Assembly: GCA_032718475.1 (NCBI GenBank)
Contig: JAUCBJ010005459.1
Coordinates: 1 to 55,706, forward strand
DNA length: 55,706 nucleotides
DNA from: Nemertoderma westbladi
Lineage: Eukaryota > Animalia > Xenacoelomorpha
Direction: 5' to 3'
Below the pieces are notes generated by a model. That model did not search any database, was not told the origin of the DNA, and saw only the letters and a program-made list of their open reading frames with translations. The first letter of the stretch is position 1, and every line of letters starts with the position of its first letter. Positions 1 to 10,231 of the stretch are shown piece by piece. Both the position numbers and the translations under genes were made by a program.

Positions 1-7
1 GTGCCAA

Positions 8-206
8 TGTAAAAACTATCAGACTATATCTGTATATGATAAATGCAATGTGAACTTATAATATCGCAACCGAACAGAATAATACCGGTAGGTAGTACAC
101 ACAGTACCGGTACTGCAGTAACCAGTATATCCCCAACAGGCACTGCTATCCTTCCCTATGATGAGCTACTACTACAATGGGACAGTAGGCCTATAACCCC
201 GCTATA
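8..206 (-). repeat. 3' LTR (TATAG...TTACA on - strand)
   Basis: Base-for-base identical to 4208-4406; preceded on the - strand by the polypurine tract. Confidence 0.9.
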
Positions 207-255
207 TCTCCCCCAGTTTCTTGGAAACTTTATATTCTAATTAAATGAATACTAA

Positions 256-3200
256 TTAATAGTCAGTGTCGAATCCATATCTAGTAGGTGGTCGTGATAG
301 TCGGCCCGATCGTGTTTTGGTAATAGTTTCGTTTTCGTTATCCCCAGACTTGTCGCTCTCTTCATTGTCGCTATCTTCATCGGTACTTTCTTCCCTCCTC
401 TCATCGTTGTCGTGACTCACTGGCAAGTCATGAGTGTTCTGGTTAGAATTATACGCTTTCCTCACATCCTTCCGGTGACGACGGATATTGTTTATGTACA
501 CCGAGTGGTTATCGATAAATTCCACTCGCTCTGGGCCGTTCCATTTCGTTGTGCATCGCACATGTTGGGCGGGCTTTAAATAGACCATATCACCAACTTT
601 GATGTTCAACGATGGTTGTTCGATTTCGCTTTTGTTAACTATTAACGGCGTCACCCCGGGAAGCTTCCGTTTTCGAATTGCTAGTCCCTTGAAGTGCTTC
701 TCTGCCGGGCAAATATCGTCGTTTCGACTACATGTCTGGTTGTACCAGAATGCTGCCTGTTCGGGAGTCTTTCCAGAACGCGCAGCCCACTTCTTTACTG
801 TACGATGTATCCTCTCGACAATGTTCCCCGTTGGTCTGTATGCGCAGACAGGTGTGTACTGCACTTCCCATACCTTCAACAGCTCCCTGAAGACGTCTCC
901 TCGAAATGCTGGACCCTGATCAGACATGACCTCGTCAGGTGGCCCGAACTCTAAGAAAACTTGTTGAAGTTCCCTGACAACTGTACACGACTGTTCGTTG
1001 GAGACCCTCCTCCAAATAGTGTAGCTTGTAGCATTATCTATCATAGTTAAGTACGATCGATTCCCATATTCAGTAAAGTCTATGGATAGTCTATTCCAGC
1101 TGTCTCTGACTTTTGTTGTTCCTACATTCCATTGGATTGGGTTGGGATCGATGCTATTGCACTGCGTGCACTGGTTGCACACGTCTCGAATTATCTGGAG
1201 AGGTATTGGTCGACTGATCAAGCGGTCCTTTTCACACAATTCGGTTGTCCGCTCGATTCCTTGGTGCGCCATGCCATGGAGTTCCACTACACGATCCCGT
1301 TGGTTGCTCTCGCTCATCCCAATCGCAGCAATGTGTTCCTCATTATCGTCACTGCTACCCTTATTCACTGCCAGTTGCAACCAAGTTGGTGGAACCCGGG
1401 TAAGAACATCTGCCACATTTTTTCCCGTGGACACTAGATGTGGCTTCACATTTAGTTTGTATTCTCTGATCGTCTCCGCCAATATATCGAGTCTTCTGAC
1501 CACTAATTTCCTCGATTGGCCTCTTGTTTTCACCCTGTGTGTATCGTTAATAACCGCATGGATCCAGCTGTATGCAGTGGCCGAATCGACGAATAGGTCG
1601 AGGTTCGTTATTCCCCAGTCCAGAGCTAAGTTTACTCCCTCTATGGCCGCATCTAATTCTGCAACGTTAATGTGGTTAGTGTCGCCCGCTTTTCGCAGCC
1701 ACGCTGCGTCTTCTACAACCGCACCATTAATTTTTAACACCACTCCTTTCGCCACCGAACTAGCGTCGGTCCACACTTCTCCACTGTCGGTCATGGATAT
1801 CGCCCATTCCCCAGTTGCCGGATCATCTATTTGAATTCGCGTTAGTGTTTCTTGCAGTTTTTCTCGTATTTTGTTGCTAACTGGAGTGTCCCAACCTATT
1901 TTCGAGCTGCATCTCTGTAACCACGCACAAGCTGGTCTGATCCAACCACCCACCGGATAGTGGCCTTTCAGCTGTCCACATATTGAATGCAGTTGCCGCC
2001 TAGTTAGTCCCACTGGCACTTCTGTTGGAGTACCCGCTTCTCTAGTCCAGTGATGATTCATTCTATCCTTTTCTATTATTCGAACTCCCAAAATACGGCT
2101 TCAATCACGAACAGGTTCGGCCCTCTTTGTTACTAAGCCATATTGCAGCAAATGGTCTCTCACCGTGTCAGTTGTCGTTATATCAGTGTTCACATAAATG
2201 TCGTCGCGAAAGTTGTCAGTGGATTCTTTTATGCCTTTATCTTGAGACAATGCTCGCTCGACAATGTTGTCCATTATTTTCGGGGCCACCCCAAGCCCAA
2301 ATCCCATAGTTGTGACCACATATCTTTCACCTTGGTAAACTATCGTTTGGTATGGTAGTAAGTCATCTCTTATCTTGACCTGCATGTATGCCCACTTGAG
2401 GTCGATGAGTGCAGTGTCCTTACCCATTTTTCGCCATTGTCGCATTTTCTCCCCGCACACCGCCGCATCCATTCCGGGGGAGTTTTCTATATATTCGTTC
2501 ATCTCTCGATAGTCTAATATCGGTCGAACACGGTTCTTTTTGGGTTCGTACTTGGTCATCAAAGGGATGGTCCCCCGCACCTCTCCATGGCGTTGTTTGT
2601 TGTATGGTACTATCCACTCATTGTCTATCCATTCTTTCATGGCAGTCTCGAACATTCCAACATGCTCCTTCCGTATTTTGTACTGGCTCACTTTATTGTT
2701 CAAAATTGGTGGTTTCCCGTTTTTCCACTTCCAATTTGCCACCCATTGCTTTCCGTTATACACTGCTTTAAAGTCTGTATCCTCAATGACAATCAGGTCT
2801 CCCAGTTGTTTTCCGTCGCTAGCAATCTCATCCACTTGTCGCACCGTCTCATCGTTGTTATTCGCAGTGGACATTACACCGGCCATTCCGAAAACCGCAC
2901 TAGAGAGAGTTTGAGATCCGACGCGTTTTATTAAGTCGTAGCCCATTATTAGGTCTTCGGAACCACCTAATAAATGCTCTAAGACTAAAAAAGACCATTC
3001 CATATCCTGTTTCCGTCCCGCTATTTCTACTATAGAGAGAGTAACAGTTCCAATAGCTTGACTTTGCGATGTCCCGTCCAGCATCAATATCTTTGGGTTC
3101 CATCTACTCGTCTTTATATCGATTTGGTTGATTCTACACCACTTCGCCGTAACCAAGCTGCAGCTACAGCCTGTATCTACAATTGCGTCCGACCTTATTA

Positions 3201-3306
3201 TTCCTCGCGGCCCGTTCACTCTAATCCCCACACTCGGTATGCCACAGTTTAATTTCTCGGGGAGGCGCCCGTGGGCCGCGACAACGTCTCCCCCAGTTCG
3301 TTTCCC
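256..3306 (-). CDS. pol: Pol polyprotein (protease, RT, RNase H, integrase) reached by -1 frameshift; one in-frame TGA at 2101-2103
   Basis: ORFs 2101-3378 and 256-2091 share a frame. Motifs: protease IVDTGC; RT LIDLKWAY, GFGLGVAP, FRDD; RNase H WTDAS, HINVAELDA, VDS, NVADVLTR; integrase HHCC plus SIDF, SDQG, VERIH. Confidence 0.9.
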
Positions 3307-4145
3307 GCGTTCGCCCAACCGAGCGCACCATTCCCGCCACTGCGGCACCCCCGCGCGATGTGCCCCACCTGGCCGCACCTAAAACAACCCTTCGGTTTGG
3401 CGTTTGTATTATCGGCCCTATTCGTCGACCAGGCATTACCACCACCACCGCCACTGGTTTCCTGGCTGGTGCATTCGCGGGCGAAATGCCCTGCTTTTCT
3501 GCACCGATAGCACTCAACTGACTGCCACATCCCGCCCCACGATCCAATTTCCCGATCATGTCCGCGATTACTTTGTTCTGAATGCCCTGACCCCCTGCGA
3601 CTACTAAACCCAGCGGCACCCCAGACACTATCCATACCATTCCGCTCTGCTAGCATTCGTCTCGCCTGCTGCAACAACTCATCGATTCCCACGTTTCCCG
3701 CCATCGCCTTCACCTCCATTCTCACACTGTTTGGAAGGCCATTAGCGAACTGAACAGCTAGGAGATCGGTCGCACATTGACTTCTAGTATCTTCCGTTAT
3801 CAATGATAGAAGCCTTCTCAAATCAGCCAGATATGAATCTGCCGTTTCGTCGCCGAGGACTCTCTGTTTGAACTTGTCGTACGCCGCGTATGGGGTGTCG
3901 GCGAACGCCTGGATTAGCATCTTCCTGATGATTGCGCAATCTTTTTTCTCGGCTTCTGACAGTTGGGATATTACATCGTGGGCCGCCCCCTTGAGCGACA
4001 ACCTCAGATACGTAGCACGGCTTCCTTCGTCTAATTTAGCTTCTTCCCGTAATATCTCGAACGTGTCGTCGAATATGGTAAGCCAGGAACACGGATCTCC
4101 CGTCCCGTCATATTTGGCCACATAGTCCGAGAGTTTCGGTGCCAT
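3249..4145 (-). CDS. gag: Gag with two CCHC zinc knuckles
   Basis: 298-aa ORF containing CYRCRKAGHFAREC and CFRCGQVGHIARGC. Confidence 0.92.
   Translation of the reverse strand: MAPKLSDYVAKYDGTGDPCSWLTIFDDTFEILREEAKLDEGSRATYLRLSLKGAAHDVISQLSEAEKKDCAIIRKMLIQAFADTPYAAYDKFKQRVLGDETADSYLADLRRLLSLITEDTRSQCATDLLAVQFANGLPNSVRMEVKAMAGNVGIDELLQQARRMLAERNGMDSVWGAAGFSSRRGSGHSEQSNRGHDREIGSWGGMWQSVECYRCRKAGHFARECTSQETSGGGGGNAWSTNRADNTNAKPKGCFRCGQVGHIARGCRSGGNGALGWANAGNELGETLSRPTGASPRN
3259..3306 (-). promoter_or_regulatory. -1 programmed ribosomal frameshift signal
   Basis: G_GGA_AAC heptamer in the gag frame at 3300-3306, followed 5-6 nt later by a GGGGAG...CTCCCC stem with an inner GCCC/GGGC hairpin. 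Pol is in the -1 frame. Confidence 0.8.
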
Positions 4146-4207
4146 TGTCTGATTGTGTCTCGTATAATAAAAAGTGAATAACAGGCCCGGTTAGCTTTTG
4201 GTGCCAA

Positions 4208-4406
4208 TGTAAAAACTATCAGACTATATCTGTATATGATAAATGCAATGTGAACTTATAATATCGCAACCGAACAGAATAATACCGGTAGGTAGTACAC
4301 ACAGTACCGGTACTGCAGTAACCAGTATATCCCCAACAGGCACTGCTATCCTTCCCTATGATGAGCTACTACTACAATGGGACAGTAGGCCTATAACCCC
4401 GCTATA
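4208..4406 (-). repeat. 5' LTR
   Basis: Identical to 8-206; followed on the - strand by PBS-like TTGGCACC and the gag ATG at 4145. Confidence 0.9.
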
Positions 4407-4943
4407 ATACCTAATGTTGATTTTTTTTGTAGAGAATTCAAAAAATAATTATCAGAGTCACCCCTGGAGTGAGTACCATACAAAAATCGCCATAAGTATA
4501 CCAAAGGTATCAAAGTAGCCCCAATGGGTGTGACTAATTAGATACTCAATTTGAGGCGAATATCTCCTAATTAATAACATCGATGGTTTTAGCTATTTGA
4601 TAATCCTATGGCCATCCAAGGCGTAATTGTTAATCCAAAGCAATTCATATCAGAAGAGACCGCAAATAACTATCAGTCATCCCACTTTGCGGTTGTCAAC
4701 AGGCCTCTAGCCATTATAAAAGTTAGGATATTGTACATGATACTATGCTACTACGATCGGCATGTTGCATTGCAGCTGCATTATATATATATATATATTA
4801 CATATATATTAAGAATGCTGGGCCGACTTGTCGACAAAATTGGGACCTCCACAGCTCTATTATATAGTACATATTATATTCTACATAATCAATTATCATT
4901 GGTTCAAAATTATATTAATAAATGATTTATATTCGCTATGTAG

Positions 4944-5063
4944 CTGATCCTTGCTTTGGGATGGTATGCGGCGATAACGCCCACTGTGGAGACACCGATT
5001 ATTCATGCCATTGCGACAATGATGACACCCATTATATGCTGCCAAACGGCGACTGTGTATTAC
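4944..5063 (+). CDS. EGF-like domain exon
   Basis: tag|CT...AC|gtaagt, 120 bp; [37 protein letters not shown] has the 6-Cys EGF spacing. Confidence 0.85.
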
Positions 5064-8000
5064 GTAAGTTGATCATTTCACGCCCCGGTGTGGCTATACA
5101 ACAAAAAAATATATAAATCAAAGCCAATCAAATTATCAGATTATCAGAGATAATAAAAAGCACCCTAACATACAACACAGTCAACAACCTCTGACAACAT
5201 ACTGTACAAAGAGCACGATAACGAATGTCACAATTCTTGAAGCCAGCTAAATAAATAAATCACTCATTTGTAAATTCTATAAATTTGTGCAACTTTTAAC
5301 ATGAGCTCATGTGTAACAGTTAGTTTTAATTTAATTTTCATTTCACAATAATTAACTTTCAAACATTTCGCAGAGTCGACGACACAAAAATAACGACAAC
5401 GATTACATAATGTGATAACTTCCTTACTAAGTATCACCAGACTCGATAGATAGATAGATAGATTTATTTATACATTATGTAAAAACAATAACAAATACAC
5501 CAAACAATGTACCGGTATAAAGGTATTGTCCAACATAACATATAGGATTACCCCTAAAGCTTTGCAGCTTATTTCCAAGGGGGTCCTTTATGTTACTTGG
5601 TTACAAATACAATATTACACTACGCTAACCTAAAACCAATATAAAACGTAATTACACTATGTGCATGTACAACTTTACCGAGAGCGTGACAATGTCCGAC
5701 TCAGCGATAAAGATGTAATGTACAGAACAATTTATTATAAAACGTAATTACAGTATAAATAGTAAATAATTAATAAACTAATAACTTACTGTAGGACTAT
5801 TGTACCTATTTTTACATTGCACACGGAGATGAGATTTAACTGCAGATTTAAAAGAATGTTGATTATTTAGGTTTTTAATTTCATTAGGCAGAGCGTTCCA
5901 ATTTTTAATGCCGTTAAAAAAGAAAGTATCAGATTCAAAGGATTTACAATTCGGGAGGTAGAAGTTTGAAGCACTAGCTCTGGTACTGTAAGAGTGTGTA
6001 TCGCGTACTCTGTTGAATTTTTGTTTTAGGTAATTGGGACATTTACCATTATACACTTTATGCACATGGTTAAGGCGTAGCTGCTTAACTCTACTATCTA
6101 AGTTAAGTAGTCCAGATTCAGAAAAGTCATCTGGAGTTAGGTGGTGCCTAGGTTTGTAGTCTTTAATAAATCGTACTACTTTATTCTGAGCTACTTGTAA
6201 TTTACATTTAAGCTGTTTGGTTAAGCCTTCATACCAAGAAGAGCACGCATAGTCCATGTGACACTGTATTAAAGAAGAGCAAAGTAACTTGCGGGAGTCG
6301 GTGTTCAAACTATTTTTATTTCTGTATAGAAACCTAAGCCTACTGTTAACTTTCGAGAAAATATTTTTCACTGTACTTTCTCCTGATAAGCAGTTATCCA
6401 ATGTGGCGCCTAAATATTTAACTTCCTTTTTATTTTCAATCTTATGTCCATTACTAGTGACTTCAAACTTAGTTACCTTCTTTAACTTTCTTTTGGAACC
6501 AAACAAAATACTTTCAGTTTTACCGTAGTGAATGGATAGCTTATTATCAACCAACCACTCATTACAGGATTCTAGAACTGCACTTAACTTTTGGGAAATA
6601 TGGATAGGATCTTTATGAGAGAAAATAAGAGCACTGTCGTCGGCATATAAAATGAGTTTAAAATCGGGATCTATACTACTTATCATATCATTTACATAGC
6701 ATACAAAAAGCAGAGGACCTAATATACTACCTTGCGGTACACCACAGGTAATCTCTTGTACAGTAGACAGCGATTTGCTAATGACTACAGTTTGACCTCT
6801 GTCTGACAGGTAGGACTTGAACCAGTCTATAGAACCTACACCCATCAGGCCTAACTTACCAAGCAGAATTTCGTGATCTACAGTATCGAAAGCCTTTTGT
6901 AGGTCCAACATTACCATACCAGTATATAAACCCTTTGCGTTATTACATCTAATTGTATCAGTTAAGTTAATAAGGCAGGTGTCTGTAGAATATGATTTAC
7001 GAAAACCGGACTGAAGTTCATAGATCAGATTTAGCCTACTAAGATGTGCCTCCAGCTGTAGAAAAACAGAACGTTCTAGAATTTTAGATACAATACTTAA
7101 GATACTAACAGGTCTGTAATTACAGGGTTCTACTTTACTATTCTTTTTATACAGAGGAACAACCTTAGCTAATTTCAGTTCGTCTGGTACTACATTATCT
7201 ACGATAGAGTAATTAATAATAAAAGTAATAGGCACTTTAAGTACTTCAGCACCAAATGTTTCTCGATAAAATAGGCGAACATATACTGTAGTTAGTTTTT
7301 GTGATGAAGGATTGACGTGTTTCCTTTCAGTACTGTAATTGCTGCATTTAAATATTTCAGGTTGTAAAGAGATTCCAGACATTGATTTTGAGTGTCCGGG
7401 GTGGGTAGCTGTTGGTGAATGTTCAAACAATTCATGTTACATGGACGTCCACTGTCAAACATCGTGTGACTATTGTAATGATGGCTTGGGTAAGTTAATT
7501 ATAAGGGGACTATTACCCCAAATCTATTTTTTTTATTTATAAAGCTAGAACTCTGCAATTTTAATACAATGATCTGTGATCTTTAACTAAGAAAACTCAG
7601 TATGGATAGCTTCTTAAATCCGTTTGTTCAAAAAATATGGCACTTTTTGTGCAGGTCGGTTTTTTACAAAAATTGTATAAATGGTGTGTAATCAAATTAA
7701 TAGTAAATAGAACAATAATTGTAAATCTATTATTATTGGTATGCCATTAATTAAACGTATTATAATTTAATATCGTAATGTTTATATGTATAAATGTTGA
7801 GGCATTTATGTAAAATATCTCATGTTCAAGGATCTGTAATATCACCTGGGTTGAAGTTCTTGACCCACGACTTTGGCAAATAATGTAGGTCATCTTCTGT
7901 AAAAATTTCAGCCCAAAATTATTGTTTTTGAAAAATTTATGAGGGTTTTAGTATGTTTGCCCATGACCTACTATATACCTACTATCTATAGTAGGTCATG

Positions 8001-9292
8001 GTTCGCCGTTCGGGCTATATTTTGGGTATCAAATATTTTGTGATAGACAAACTGTCGCAGATACATAATCGGTTCTAGAAGATCGAAATGGCCGTGTTTT
8101 ACAAAACCAATAAGGGCCTACTAAGGGGCCTACAAAGGGGCCAAGGGGCCTACAAAGGGGCCAAGGGGCCTACACACGATTGTAGCCCCAAAGCTGTTGA
8201 ACATTTTTGGTATAGATTTGATGACAATTGAGTAAAAAATAAAAAAATGTAGTAGGGAATTTAGTGATGAAAAATGTCAGAATCGATAAACTGAGAAAAC
8301 GGTTGTTTTATATAGAGAGTCATGAATATCAGTCATAGATAATGTTGTTGAACAGTGCAGTTTTGTGGTCAAAAAATCATTCAATGGTGAAAACCGATGT
8401 CACTACATGAAAGCCCTTCTATCAAACTACAAAAACAGTTATTTTCAATAGTTTTGTAAATTTTCGAAAGATTCACTTCCGTTGGTGGTAATGGTCCGGT
8501 AATGGTCCGGTAATGGTCCGGTAATGGTTCCCTTAAGGAATAACATTTTTCTATTATTTTCTATTATATTAATTGAATGTACAGTATAATTACAGACATA
8601 AAATATTATGAATTCCAGCAGTACCGGTTATGCAATATTTCGGCCTATAAGCAAACAGTCGGCCGAGGCCGGAGGCGACCCGAAGGCTCCTCTTTCGATA
8701 GCTGCTACCCGAGGGTAGGGGTGGGCGCTACTCCTATCCCAAGACTTGCTCCCAGTTATTTAACTGGTACTCATTTTATCGACCACAGTGGATGAAAGGC
8801 TGCGGAGACCATGGCGGAGTTGGACCTACAAACCTACAATAAATTGAAGGCTCAGCTCTCAACCAACTGAGTTACCCCGCCATTCTCGGCCTATGCATAA
8901 TATAATACTGAAGTTATGCAACCATATATCACTAAAAAAAGTTTACCACCATAAAAAGTCAGTAAACCTAGTCTGTAAGAGCTATTTGAGCTTCTTCGTC
9001 CTTCAATAAATTATTTTTCTACGAATGGTGGGTTATTTTCATGTTGGTGTTTCAACAAAAAAATTTCAAATTTGTAAAAATTTATTAGTTTTCTGGAATG
9101 TTTAATCGACAAACCTAATATTAATATTACATAAAAATAGTTGCTTAATTTATCTTAAATCCAGAATGCTCTGAAAGGGAAGATCTGAACGAACATTGTA
9201 TCGCGTGGGCAGCACGGGGGGAGTGTTCCAACAATCCAAAATACATGTTAACCTATTGCCAATCAGTGTGTGATTACTGCAGCGATGGATAG
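4944..9292 (+). CDS. 3' end of a spliced gene encoding an EGF-like domain and two ShKT domains (5' exons not found in the window)
   Basis: Three AG/GT-bounded exons joined by phase-1 introns: 4944-5063, 7361-7489, 9165-9298, stop TAG at 9290-9292. A probable 3'UTR exon starts at 9820. Confidence 0.85.
5449..7261 (-). mobile_element. 5'-truncated CR1/L2-group (Crack/Daphne-like) LINE with open RT frame
   Basis: RT motifs [32 protein letters not shown]; stop at 5778; (TATC)n tail; 7-bp TSD CTCGATA at 5442-5448 and 7262-7268. Confidence 0.9.
7361..7489 (+). CDS. ShKT domain exon 1
   Basis: ttcag|GT...G|gtaagt, 129 bp; [38 protein letters not shown]. Confidence 0.88.
7505..8532. mobile_element. 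Non-autonomous DNA transposon, Kolobok-like termini
   Basis: Imperfect TIRs GGGGACTATTACC and GGTAATGGTTCCC flanked by ATAA and TTAA. The right TIR motif is tandemly repeated (GGTAATGGTCC x4). No ORF. Confidence 0.5.
7962..8000. mobile_element. 39-bp TIR-only remnant of a CATG-terminated (P-like) DNA transposon
   Basis: CATGACCTACTATA...TATAGTAGGTCATG; 7-bp flanks GTTTGCC and GTTCGCC; same termini as 46187-49207. Confidence 0.65.
8649..8885 (-). mobile_element. tRNA-derived SINE with Meta-domain-like core
   Basis: Head GGCGGGGTAACTCAGTTGG (A box) ... GGTCCAACTCC (degenerate B box). Core CAGCCTTTCATCC...GGTCGATAAAATGAGTACCAG. 9-bp TSD TCGGCCTAT at 8640-8648 and 8886-8894. Confidence 0.8.
9165..9292 (+). 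CDS. ShKT domain exon 2 (last coding exon)
   Basis: ccag|AA...; [41 protein letters not shown]; donor ag|gtatgt 6 nt after the stop. Confidence 0.88.
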
Positions 9293-10133
9293 AGACAGGT
9301 ATGTAGGATTACTAACAGTATCATAATTGCGCTAAATCGTTGCGCATCTCTGATTTCGACCACTCTTTGTTTTTACCAAGTGTGACACATGAGTGACCTA
9401 CCTATATCGCGTTACATGGCAGACCTCTTGCCTGATCGTAAAGTTGATCACAGTAAGTGTTTAGCAATCATCCAATGTGTAAAGTGCTACCTAACTAGCT
9501 TCGTTGCTTTATTTTATACTGAATAAAGGAACACACATACTAGAGGGCCGGTGTTACTCTTCTTACTTTTGAATTAAGGAGGAATTTCACTCACAATAGC
9601 TTTAATTTAGCTGCTTGTTTAAGCTACAGTATCCTAGGCAATTGCACTTTATTACGCCATACTGTATGTTTCTTATAAACATACAACAAGTACATGGATA
9701 TTACTGTCCACATATTGCCACACATCTTAAGTGCACTTACGTACACATGTTATATACCATATAGATGTATTCACTTTTCACGATATTTTTCACTTTCTAA
9801 ATTATCTGTTCTTTTTCAGTTGACATGTAGCCGAGATACTCTCGATAATGAGACTTAAATAATTGAAACTGCAAAGCGGAAATATCGCGGTAATTGGGTT
9901 TTTTAGGAGCTATTTGTAGGTGATATGAAACTCTGTTCTTTTTGTTGAAGGTGCTTGTTAATTAATTGAATCGTTATTATTATATGTTATTTAATTTGTT
10001 ACGGTTTTTGTTTCATTAATCTAATGGAAGGTAAGGGGTAAAAGTAAAGCAATGTAAAAATTAACATGTGAACATGAGACAAGAAACCCAGTGGCAACAC
10101 GGAGGCAGTGTGTTACTGCCACAAAGGAACGCG

Positions 10134-10206
10134 GACAAATTGTAAACAGACAAAGTTACCATTTGTTACCGTTTGTGAAAGTAACTTTGTCTGTTTACAA
10201 TTTGTC
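10134..10206. repeat. Perfect 26-bp inverted repeat with 21-nt spacer (dispersed repeat family)
   Basis: GACAAATTGTAAACAGACAAAGTTAC at 10134-10159 and its reverse complement at 10181-10206. Related sequence at about 30170-30290. Confidence 0.7.
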
Positions 10207-10231
10207 TGTCAGCGCTGGTTTCAGCGCCAGC

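Larger units (their letters stand above)
8..4406 (-). mobile_element. LTR retrotransposon (gag, PR-RT-RH-IN order), young copy in an intron of the EGF-ShK gene
   Basis: Identical 199-bp direct repeats at 8-206 and 4208-4406. PPT (CTGGGGGAGA, - strand) at 207-216. PBS-like TGGCACC next to the 5' LTR at 4200-4206. Gag and pol ORFs lie between the LTRs. Confidence 0.95.

Noticed and set aside
599-3640. Overlapping + strand and alternate-frame ORFs in the LTR element
   Set aside because: Shadows of gag/pol with no recognisable motifs.
3693-3699. Second G_GGA_AAC heptamer in gag
   Set aside because: No evident downstream stem, and the -1 frame there does not connect to pol.
4184-4200. AAGCTAACCGGGCC next to the PBS resembling mitochondrial tRNA-Met
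   Set aside because: Short match with no cloverleaf; likely chance.
7262-7430. N-terminal 56 aa of the 550-aa RT ORF as a LINE-host fusion protein
   Set aside because: It lies beyond the TSD and is intron plus antisense of ShKT exon 1; most likely a chance open frame with no sign of expression.
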